Source of the DNA: Acidimicrobiia bacterium
GTDB lineage: Bacteria; Actinomycetota; Acidimicrobiia; Acidimicrobiales; Salinilacustritrichaceae
Direction: 5' to 3'
DNA: 64,000 nucleotides
Assembly (NCBI GenBank): GCA_046565885.1
Contig: JBKHXT010000020.1
Span: 5,784 to 69,783 of the forward strand
Each line of letters opens with the position of its first letter. Position 1 is the stretch's first letter. Below are positions 31,277-40,094 of this stretch, in pieces. Position numbers and translations under genes: made by a program. The notes below the pieces were generated by a model that was not told where the DNA came from, did no database searches, and worked only from the letters and a program-made list of their open reading frames with translations.

Positions 31277-32613
31277 CCAGCCTCCAGCACCCCCCGCAGC
31301 AGCCGGCCACCCCGCCGCCGCCCGGCGGTCGTCCGGCCGGCGAGCCGACGGCGGAGGAGAAGGGCACCAACCCGGTCCGGCTCCTGATCCTCGCCGGCCT
31401 CGTCGCCTGGCTCGGCATCGCCGGCGGCTGGGCGCCGCTCGTCGTCGTCCTCGGCGTCGTGGTGATGATCTTCCTCCACGAGCTCGGCCACTACCTGGCG
31501 GCCCGCTGGGGCGGCATGAAGGTCACCGAGTTCTTCATCGGCTTCGGCCCCAAGATCTGGTCGTTCCGCAAGGGCGAGACCGAGTACGGCCTGAAGGTGA
31601 TCCCCGCCGGGGCCTACGTGAAGGTCATCGGCATGAACAACCTCGACGAGGTCGACCCCGCCGACGAGGCCAAGACCTACCGCCAGGCCAGCTACCCCCG
31701 CCGCATGGCCGTGGCCGTCGCCGGCTCCACCATGCACTTCCTGCAGGCGCTGCTGATCCTGTTCGTGCTCTACGCCTTCGTCGGCGTGCCCGGCGGCAGC
31801 CTCACCGAGGACCGCGAGTGGGAGGTCGGGGCCCTCATGCCCGACTCCGCCGCCGCCCAGGCCGGCATCCTCGAGGACGACCGGGTCCTGCGCGTCGACG
31901 GCATCCGGTACGAGACCTTCACCGACTTCGCCACCGCCATCAGCGAGCGCTCGCCCGGCGACGAGGTCGAGCTCACCGTAGAGCGCGACGGCGAGGTGCT
32001 CGCCGTGCCCGTCGAGCTCGGCGCCAACCCGCGCGACCGCTCCCGGGCGATGCTCGGCATCCAGCGCGACCTGGTCACCACCACGGTGGGACCGGTCCGG
32101 GCCGTGGGCGCGTCGATCAGCGACTTCGGCGAGCAGTTCGTCGCCACCATCGGCTTCATCGGCGACTTCTTCACGCCCGGCGGCATCGCGAGCTTCGCCG
32201 GCACGGTCGCCGACGGCGGCGCCGAGCCCTCGCCCGTCGACGCCGGCACCGCCAACGCCGGCCAGGGCGCCGAGCCGGCGAGCGGCGACGAGAACCGCAT
32301 CATCTCCATCGTCGGCGCCATCGGCATCGGCGCCGAGCTCACCGAGAACGGCCTGCTCGGCTTCCTGCTGTTCTTCGTCGGCATCAACATCACGATCGGC
32401 ATCTTCAACCTGCTGCCCGTGCTGCCCCTCGACGGCGGCCACGTGGTCATCGCCACCTACGAGCGCATCCGCGAGGCCCTGCGCCCCGGCGACCAGCGGT
32501 ACTTCGTCGACATGACCAAGCTGCTGCCGGTGGTCTACGCCGTGTTCGTGCTGCTGGTGCTGCTCGGCGTCACCACCATCTACCTCGACCTGGTCAACCC
32601 GGTCACGCTGTAG
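31273..32613 (+). CDS. rseP: RseP/RIP1 M50 intramembrane metalloprotease with PDZ domain
   Basis: HELGH, PDZ, NLLPVLPLDGGH. Confidence 0.93.
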   Translation: MTSLQHPPQQPATPPPPGGRPAGEPTAEEKGTNPVRLLILAGLVAWLGIAGGWAPLVVVLGVVVMIFLHELGHYLAARWGGMKVTEFFIGFGPKIWSFRKGETEYGLKVIPAGAYVKVIGMNNLDEVDPADEAKTYRQASYPRRMAVAVAGSTMHFLQALLILFVLYAFVGVPGGSLTEDREWEVGALMPDSAAAQAGILEDDRVLRVDGIRYETFTDFATAISERSPGDEVELTVERDGEVLAVPVELGANPRDRSRAMLGIQRDLVTTTVGPVRAVGASISDFGEQFVATIGFIGDFFTPGGIASFAGTVADGGAEPSPVDAGTANAGQGAEPASGDENRIISIVGAIGIGAELTENGLLGFLLFFVGINITIGIFNLLPVLPLDGGHVVIATYERIREALRPGDQRYFVDMTKLLPVVYAVFVLLVLLGVTTIYLDLVNPVTL

Positions 32614-32615
32614 CC

Positions 32616-33845
32616 ATGGAGATCGGCGAGTCCCGCTACCCCCGCCGGGCCACCCGGCAGATCCACGTCGGCGACGTCGCCGTCGGTGGGGGCGCGCCCA
32701 TCTCGGTGCAGTCGATGACGGTCACCAAGACCGCCGACCACGAGGCCACGCTCCAGCAGATCTACGCCCTCGCCGCCGCCGGCTGCGACATCGTGCGCTG
32801 CACGTGCAACGAGCCCGAGGCCGCCGAGGGCCTGGCCCGCATCATCCCCCGCTCGCCGGTCCCCATCGTCGCCGACATCCACCACCAGTACCGCCGGGCC
32901 CTCGAGGCCCTCGAGGCCGGCGTGCACTGCCTGCGCCTGAACCCGGGCAACATCCGCAAGCCGGAGCACATCAAGGCCGTGGCGATGGAGGCGAAGGACC
33001 GGGGCGTGCCCATCCGCATCGGCGTCAACGGCGGCAGCCTCGACCCGGCGCTCTACGACAAGTACGGCGGGAAGGTCACGCCCGAGGCCATGGTCGAGTC
33101 GGCCAAGATCGAGATCGGCTACTTCGAAGAGGTCGGCTTCGAGGACATCAAGATCTCGGTGAAGGCGTCGTCGGTCCCGCTGATGATCGAGGCGTACCGG
33201 ATGCTCGCGGATGAGGTGGACTTCCCGCTCCACCTCGGGGTCACCGAGGCCGGGCCCCCGCCCGGTGGCCTCGTCAAGGCGACGGCGGGCATCGCCACGC
33301 TGCTCGCCGAGGGCATCGGCGACACCATCCGCTACTCGCTCACCGCCGACCCGGTCGAGGAGGCCCGCGCCGGCCGCCAGCTCCTCGAGGCCATGGGCCT
33401 GCGCGAGCGCAAGAACGTCGACCTCATCGCCTGCCCCAGCTGCGGCCGGGCCGAGATCGACGTGGTCGACGTCGCCGAGCGGGCGATGAAGGCCTTCGGC
33501 GACCGGGAGATCCCCCTGCAGGTGGCGGTCATGGGCTGCGTCGTGAACGGACCCGGCGAGGCCCGCGACGCCGACATCGGCATCGCCGCCGGCAACAAGC
33601 GGGGCCACCTGTTCGTCCGGGGCACCAACGTCGCCGTCGTGCCCGAGGACGAGATGGTCGACACCCTCGTCGAGTGGGCCGAGTTCATCCACGAGCACGG
33701 CATCGACAAGGCCATGGAGAAGGCCGACCTGCAGGCGGCCAAGGCCGCCGCCGAGGCCGACCGGGCCCAGCTCCTCGACGAGCAGGGCGACGACGCCAAC
33801 GCCTCCGAGCAGGTCGTCGAGCTGATCCGCAAGCAGCGCGACTAG
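32616..33845 (+). CDS. ispG: (E)-4-hydroxy-3-methylbut-2-enyl-diphosphate synthase
   Basis: VQSMT, RLNPGNI, HLGVTEAG, ACPSCGR, MGCVVNGPGE. Confidence 0.98.
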   Translation: MEIGESRYPRRATRQIHVGDVAVGGGAPISVQSMTVTKTADHEATLQQIYALAAAGCDIVRCTCNEPEAAEGLARIIPRSPVPIVADIHHQYRRALEALEAGVHCLRLNPGNIRKPEHIKAVAMEAKDRGVPIRIGVNGGSLDPALYDKYGGKVTPEAMVESAKIEIGYFEEVGFEDIKISVKASSVPLMIEAYRMLADEVDFPLHLGVTEAGPPPGGLVKATAGIATLLAEGIGDTIRYSLTADPVEEARAGRQLLEAMGLRERKNVDLIACPSCGRAEIDVVDVAERAMKAFGDREIPLQVAVMGCVVNGPGEARDADIGIAAGNKRGHLFVRGTNVAVVPEDEMVDTLVEWAEFIHEHGIDKAMEKADLQAAKAAAEADRAQLLDEQGDDANASEQVVELIRKQRD

Positions 33846-34834
33846 CCGGAGGCGGCGGCCCGGCGGAGGCGGTCGCGGACGGCGACGCCGGCACCCTCCG
33901 GTGCCGGCGGCACGGCGAGGACCACGTCGGCGCCGGCGGCATCGGCGTCGCGGAGGCGCTGGTACAGGTGGCGGGCGTAGCCGTCGGCGTCGCCGACCGG
34001 GTCGAGCACCACCACCTCGGCGGGCAGGCCGGCCGGCGGGACCTCGGCGAGCACAGCTACCCGGCGGCCGTCGTCGACGAGCCGGCGGACCTCGGCGGCC
34101 GGGTCGGCGCCGGCGATCACGACCCGAGCGGCGGGGGCGTAGTGGCTCTCGAGCATCCCCGGCGCCCGGACCGGCCCGGTGACGTCGGTGACCACCGGCT
34201 CGCCGGTGATCGCCTCGACCTGCTCGGCCGTGATCGCCCCGGTGCGCAGCAGGGCGAGGCGCCCGCCGACGGCCTCGACGATGGTCGACTCGACCCCCAC
34301 CCGGCACGGGCCGCCGTCGAGGACGAGGTCGACGCGGTCGCCGAGGTCGGCGACGACGTGCTCGGCCCGGGTGGGGCTGACCCGGCCGAACCGGTTCGCC
34401 GAGGGGGCGGCCAGCCCGCCGCCGAAGCGGCGCAGCAGCCGTCCGGTGACCGGGTGGTCCGGCACCCGGAGGCCGACGGTGTCGCGGCCGCCGGTGACGG
34501 CGTCGGGGACCCGGGGGGTGCGGGGCAGCACGAGGGTGAGCGGGCCGGGCCAGCACGCCTCGGCCAGCGCCCGTGCGGCCGGCGCCACGTCGGCGGCCCA
34601 GTCGTCGAGGACGTCGGCGCCCGGCAGGTGCACGATCAGGGGGTGGTCGGCGGGGCGGCCCTTGGCGGCGAAGATCCCGGCGACGGCCTCGGGGTTCGAC
34701 GCGTCGGCGGCGAGGCCGTAGACGGTCTCGGTGGGCACGGCGACGAGGCCGCCGCGGCGCAGGACGGCCACGGCCTCGTCGATGCGCTCGTCGGAGACCG
34801 CGTGCTCGTCGGAGACCCCGTGCTCGTCGGTCAC
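33842..34834 (-). CDS. tsaC: L-threonylcarbamoyladenylate synthase (Sua5 type)
   Basis: PTETVYGL, KGRPADHPLIVH, APSANR, ESTIV, PGMLESHYAP; GTGA overlap with the recD stop. Confidence 0.95.
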   Translation of the reverse strand: MTDEHGVSDEHAVSDERIDEAVAVLRRGGLVAVPTETVYGLAADASNPEAVAGIFAAKGRPADHPLIVHLPGADVLDDWAADVAPAARALAEACWPGPLTLVLPRTPRVPDAVTGGRDTVGLRVPDHPVTGRLLRRFGGGLAAPSANRFGRVSPTRAEHVVADLGDRVDLVLDGGPCRVGVESTIVEAVGGRLALLRTGAITAEQVEAITGEPVVTDVTGPVRAPGMLESHYAPAARVVIAGADPAAEVRRLVDDGRRVAVLAEVPPAGLPAEVVVLDPVGDADGYARHLYQRLRDADAAGADVVLAVPPAPEGAGVAVRDRLRRAAASG

Positions 34835-36690
34835 GCCGGCCCCCACAGGCGCTCGCGCAGGCCCGAGGCCCGCTGGACCGGCCGCTCGACCGCCGCGCGA
34901 ACGGCCGCCTCGGTGCCCACCACGGTGACCGCCCGCTCGGCTCGGGTGACGGCGGTGTACAGCAGCTCGCGGGTGAGGATCGGCGACGCCTCGTCGGGCA
35001 GCACGACCACGACCTGGCCGAACTGGCTGCCCTGGCTCTTGTGGATCGTCATGGCGTAGAGGGTCTCCACGGCGGCCAGCCGGCCCGGCCGCACCAGCAC
35101 GACCTGGCCCCGGCGCTCGAACGCGCACTGCAGGCCGTCGCCGGCGTCGACCACCACGCCGGTGTCGCCGTTGAACAGGCCGAGGGCGTGGTCGTTCTCC
35201 GTGATCAGCAGCGGACGCCCGGCGTACCAGCCGTGCGGGAGGTACCCGGGCACCGACTGGTGGAGCCAGCCCTCGATGCGGCTGCGCCACGTCGCCACGC
35301 CGTAGGGGCCCCGGCGGTGGCCGCAGAGCAGCTACACCCGCTGCATGGCGGCGAGGGCACCGAGGGCGTCACCGCCCCGTGCCGAGGCCACGACGTCGGC
35401 GGCCGGAGCGACGACGGCGTCGCGGACGAGGGCGTCGGCCTCGGCGCTGGTGGCGGCGTCGGCGTCGAGCCAGGTCACCCCGTCGGGCGCGTCGCGGAGC
35501 AGGTCGACCACGGCGTCGGGGTCGCCGGCCTCGACCGCCCGGGCGAGGGCGCCGACGCCGCCGGAGAACCGGTGGACGCGTCGCAGCACGGAGATCCCGG
35601 CGGCGATGGGTCCCTCGGCGGCGGCGTCCGGCTCGACGGCCGGTCCGACGATGTCGCCGAGGACGGCGCCGGCCTCGACCGAGACCAGCTGCTGGGGATC
35701 GCCGACGAGCACCAGCCGGGCCGAGGGCCGCACCGCCTCGACCAGGCGGGCCATCAGCGACAGCGACACCATCGACGTCTCGTCGACGATGACGACCTGG
35801 TGGGGGAGCTGGTTCGTGCGGTCGTGGCGGAAGCGGCTGTCGGAGCCCGGCCGGCGGCCGAGGAGCCGGTGGATGGTGGACGCCTCGGCGTGGAGGATGG
35901 CGTCGCGGACGGCGGGGTCCACGTCCAGTTCGCCGGCCCGGCGGTGGACGGCCTCGGTCAGCCGGGCCGCGGCCTTGCCGGTGGGGGCGGCCAGCGCCAC
36001 CCGCAGCGGCCGGCCGTGCGCCGCCGCCTGCTCGTGGAGGAGGGCGAGGACGGCGGCGACCGTGGTGGTCTTGCCCGTGCCGGGGCCGCCGGCGATGACC
36101 GAGAACGACCGGCGCACCGCGGTCTCGGCCGCCGTGCGCTGGTCGTCGGGGGCGGCGCCGGGGAACAGTCGGGCGAGCCCGGCGGCGAGCAGGCCGTCGT
36201 CGACGTCAGGGGCGATGGCGCCGGCCCGCTGGCGCAGGTCGTCGACGATCGCCCGCTCGTGGCGCCAGTAACGGTCGAGGCAGAGCCGGGTGCCCAGCAG
36301 CCGCAGCGGCCGGGCGTCGGCCTCGGCCTCGTCGCCGCGGGCGGTCAGCGGCGAGGCGGCGACGGCGGCGACCCACGCCTCCTCGTCCGGCCAGGGGAGC
36401 GAGGCCACGTCGACGTCGGCGGCGTCGTCGGCGGTGGCCGTCTCGGCGATGGTGGCCAGGTCGACGGTGACGCTGCCCAGGCGCACCGCCCGGACGGCGA
36501 AGGCGACGGCCAGGGCCACCAGCTCGCCGTCGCCGGCGGTGGGATCGGTACCGCCGAGGCGGGCGAGCGTGCGGCCGACGTGGACGTCGGCGGCCTCGAG
36601 CACGGTGGCGTCGGTGAACGCGCCGAGGCGGCCGGTGGCGGCGTGGGCCCGCGAGGCGCGGTAGCGGTCGACGGGCTCGACGACGGTCAC
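34831..36690 (-). pseudogene. recD: Exodeoxyribonuclease V alpha subunit RecD interrupted by one in-frame TAG (35332-35334)
   Basis: GGPGTGKTT, DETSM, GDPQQL before the stop; LLCGHRRGPYGV, FNGDTG, AMTIHKSQGS, YTAVTRA after it in the same frame. Confidence 0.85.
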
Positions 36691-39600
36691 GGCGCGCCTC
36701 CCCGGTCGAGGACGTCGGACAGGCCGGTCACCAGCTCGACCGGCGGTCGCCACGAGAACACGCCGCACGGCTGGCCGTCGACCCGGGGGACGTCCGGCCC
36801 GGTCATGCCCCGCAGGAACAGGTAGAGCACCCCGCCGAGGTGCGTCGCCGGGTCGTAGCCGGGCAGGCGCCAGCGCAGGTAGCGGTGCAGGGCCACGGCG
36901 TAGAGCATCGCCTGCAGGGGGTAGTGGGCCTTCACCATGGCGTCGCGCAGGGCGGCGGGCCGGTAGTGCCACGCCGACAGCTCCTCGCCGGAGGCGCCGA
37001 GCCAGTTGCTCTTGTGGTCGACAACCACGTAGCGGCCGCCGGTGCGCAGGACGAGGTCGATGGAGCCGCTCAGGTAGCCGCGCACCGACTGCTCGAGCTC
37101 GGGCCCGGCGAGGTGCTCGTGGTAGCCGGCGAGCACGTCGTCGGCGGGCAGCGTGCGGGCCACCACGTCGGCGATGGCGGCCACGGTGAGCGTGGCCGAC
37201 GGCTGGTCGCCGCCGACCAGCGGCAGCTCGAAGTGGAGCTCGTCGAGGCGGTCGGCCGTCGTGAGCTGCCGCAGGCGCAGGTCGTCGACCAGCGATCCGA
37301 GCGGCGTGTCGATGGCGGCGGCGAGCCCGTCCACGAGGGCGCCGGCGTCGATGTCGGCGAGCCCGCTGCGGTGCTGCGCCGCCAGCGCTGCGCGCAGGGC
37401 GCCGGGCAGGTCGGCGGCGGTGAAGTCGGTGTGCTCGAGCACGGCGTGGACGAGGGTGCCGAAGCGGGCGCCGCCGCCGGTGTCGCCGAACACGGACGGC
37501 ACCGCCCGGAGCTCGGCCTCGAGCGGGTCGTCGCCGCCCGCGGCGATGGGCAGCTCGTCGAGCATCCGCTCGTCCTCGAGGCCCCGGTCGTCGTGCTCGG
37601 GCGCCGCCGGCGCCGGGCCGCCCCGGGCGTGGGCGGCCTCGTGGGCGAGGGCGGTGATGGCCGAGTAGGAGGTGCGGCGCCAGGCGTGGTCGATCGGGCG
37701 GTCGAAGCGTCGGACGTCGAGCCGGCCGGGATCGTGCTCGCCGGGCGACCACCGGTGGTCCGTCCCGCCGCTCGCGGTGTCGACCGACATGGCGCCGCCG
37801 GCCTGCTGGGCCAGCACGTCGAGGATGGTCCGGGCCCGGTCGTCGTCGGGCGTGTCGCGCAGCGAGCCGTCACGGGCGTGCGGGGCGAACAGCAGCGTGC
37901 CGAGCGGCGACTCGAACGCGAAGTGGGTGGAGGCCCACCACAGCACGACCTGGTGGCGAGCGCGGGTGAGGGCGACGTAGGCCAGGCGCAGCTCCTCGCC
38001 CCGCTCCTCCTCGACGTAGCGGGCCCAGTGGTCGCCGAACGCGGCGTGGGTCGGCCCGCCGACGTCGATGCAGCGGTCGTGGCCGTCGTGGTAGCGGGGC
38101 GGCTGGTCGTCGCGCAGCTTCGGCGTCCACCACAGGAACGGCGCGTACACGATCGGGAACTCGAGGCCCTTGCTGCGGTGGACGGTCCACACCTGCACGG
38201 CCTGGGCGTCGGTCTCGAGGCGCCGGCCCATGGCCTCGGCGTCGGCCTCCCGCTCGCAGCGCCGGATCCGCTCGCGCAGCCAGGCGACCAGCGTCGCCGG
38301 CGCGGTGTCGTGGTCGGTGCCGTGCTCGTGCAGCAGCTCGGCCACGTGGCGCAGGTCGGTGAGCGCCCGCTCGCCGCCGTCGGTGGCCAGCAGGCGGGCC
38401 GGCAGTCCCTCGCCGGCCTGGATCTGCTCGTACAGCGTGGCGACGCCCCGCTGCAGCAGCAGGCGCCGCCAGTCGGCCAGCCGGGCATGGACCCGATCCC
38501 ACCGGGCATCCGTGGCGCCGGCGACGTCGGCGGCCGACCACCCGAAGAACGCCGTGGTCGTGGCACTGCGCACCCGGGTCGTGGCCGCCGGCTGCTCGAT
38601 CGCCTCGAGCAGGGTCAGCCAGTCCTGGGCGGCGCTGGTGCCGAAGACGCTGCCGGTGCCGTTCACGACGGCGGGCACGCCGGCGTCGGCGAGCGCCTGG
38701 CGGACGAGGTCGGCGTCGGCGTGGCGGCGCACGAGCACGGCGATGTCGCCCGGGCGCACCGGTCGCGGCTCGGATGCGGTGCCGTCCGGGCGCCGCTCCA
38801 CCAGCTGCGCGCCGGTGCGCGCCTCGAGCTGGTGGACGACGTCGGTGGCCAGGTCGCGGGCGATGAAGGCCCGCGTCCAGCCCTCCTGGAGCTTCTCGCT
38901 CCTCGGCGTCAGCGCCGCGCCCTCGGTGTCGCCGCGCACGTGGCGCACCCGCAGCGGGGTGGCCAGGCGCCCACCCACCAGGCCGGGCTCGCGGTGGTGG
39001 TCGGCGGCCTCGGTGCGCCGGTAGGCGATGTCGGGGTGGCCGAGGGTGGCCGAGCCGAAGACCACGTCGAGGGCCCGCAGCAGCGCGGCGTCGCTGCGCC
39101 AGCTGACCTCCAGCGCCTCGGTGCGGCCCACGCCCGCCAGCTCGCGGGCGGCCAGGTAGGCGTGGACGTCGGCGCCCCGGAAGGCGTAGATGGCCTGCTT
39201 CGGGTCGCCCACGAGCACGAGCGACACCGGGCTGCCATCACCCAGGAAGGCGTCGCGCAGCACGTTCCACTGCACGGCGTCGGTGTCCTGGAACTCGTCG
39301 ACGACGACGAGCCGGTAGCGGTCCTGGAGGCGTCGGCGGACGACGTCGCCCTGCGGTCCGGCCAGCGCCTGCTCGAGCCGGGTGAGCAGGTCGTCGTAGC
39401 CGAGCACCCGCAGCTCCCGCTTCCGGCGCTCGAGCCGGCCCCGGACCATGGACGCGAAGCGGACCCGCATGGCCGCCCAGCCGTCGGGGTCGTCGCGCTC
39501 GGGGACGATGCGGGCGTGGGGGTTGGTGATGACGGCGTCGGCGATGCGGCGGGCGGCGTCCCGGGGGAAGTCGAAGGCGACCTCCTTGTGGAAGCGCTGG

Positions 39601-40094
39601 ACGAGCAGGTCGTCGACCACCTGCTCGGTGAGGTCGCGCATGTCCTCGATGAAGGTCACCTCGCGCTCGACGTCGCCGGCGAAGCCCACGGTGCTCAGCA
39701 CCTGCTCGCAGAAGCCGTGGATGGTGGCGATGGTGGCGGCGTCGAACTGGGCGACGACCGCGGCGAGGTGGCGGTGCCGGGCCTCGACCTCGTCGCGGTC
39801 GCCCTCGCACAGCTCCCGGCTCACCTCGTCCACCGGGACGGCGCCGGTGGCCAGGTGGGCGTGCAGGTCGGCCTCCGTGGACACGAGCCGCTGCCAGACC
39901 CGGTCGCGCAGCTCGCCGGTGGCGGCGCGCGTGAAGGTGACGAGGAGCACCGACTCGACCGGCAGGCCCTCGGCCAGCGCCTGGACGGCGAGCGAGGTGA
40001 CCCGGTGGGTCTTGCCGGTGCCGGCGCTGGCCTCGACGACCGTGACGCCCGGTGCCAGCCCGGCGACGGAGGCCGTCGGCGAGGTCGCCGTCAT
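36687..40094 (-). CDS. recB: Exodeoxyribonuclease V beta subunit RecB
   Basis: ASAGTGKT, DEFQDTD, GDPKQAIYAFRGAD, SKGLEF, YVALTRA, nuclease GSIDL...DHKSN...Q...Y. Confidence 0.96.
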   Translation of the reverse strand: MTATSPTASVAGLAPGVTVVEASAGTGKTHRVTSLAVQALAEGLPVESVLLVTFTRAATGELRDRVWQRLVSTEADLHAHLATGAVPVDEVSRELCEGDRDEVEARHRHLAAVVAQFDAATIATIHGFCEQVLSTVGFAGDVEREVTFIEDMRDLTEQVVDDLLVQRFHKEVAFDFPRDAARRIADAVITNPHARIVPERDDPDGWAAMRVRFASMVRGRLERRKRELRVLGYDDLLTRLEQALAGPQGDVVRRRLQDRYRLVVVDEFQDTDAVQWNVLRDAFLGDGSPVSLVLVGDPKQAIYAFRGADVHAYLAARELAGVGRTEALEVSWRSDAALLRALDVVFGSATLGHPDIAYRRTEAADHHREPGLVGGRLATPLRVRHVRGDTEGAALTPRSEKLQEGWTRAFIARDLATDVVHQLEARTGAQLVERRPDGTASEPRPVRPGDIAVLVRRHADADLVRQALADAGVPAVVNGTGSVFGTSAAQDWLTLLEAIEQPAATTRVRSATTTAFFGWSAADVAGATDARWDRVHARLADWRRLLLQRGVATLYEQIQAGEGLPARLLATDGGERALTDLRHVAELLHEHGTDHDTAPATLVAWLRERIRRCEREADAEAMGRRLETDAQAVQVWTVHRSKGLEFPIVYAPFLWWTPKLRDDQPPRYHDGHDRCIDVGGPTHAAFGDHWARYVEEERGEELRLAYVALTRARHQVVLWWASTHFAFESPLGTLLFAPHARDGSLRDTPDDDRARTILDVLAQQAGGAMSVDTASGGTDHRWSPGEHDPGRLDVRRFDRPIDHAWRRTSYSAITALAHEAAHARGGPAPAAPEHDDRGLEDERMLDELPIAAGGDDPLEAELRAVPSVFGDTGGGARFGTLVHAVLEHTDFTAADLPGALRAALAAQHRSGLADIDAGALVDGLAAAIDTPLGSLVDDLRLRQLTTADRLDELHFELPLVGGDQPSATLTVAAIADVVARTLPADDVLAGYHEHLAGPELEQSVRGYLSGSIDLVLRTGGRYVVVDHKSNWLGASGEELSAWHYRPAALRDAMVKAHYPLQAMLYAVALHRYLRWRLPGYDPATHLGGVLYLFLRGMTGPDVPRVDGQPCGVFSWRPPVELVTGLSDVLDRGGAP

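Noticed and set aside
35332-35334. Pyrrolysine or genome-wide TAG recoding
   Set aside because: TAG terminates smc, ftsY, ffh, rpsB, proS and others at their expected ends; no pyl genes in the window
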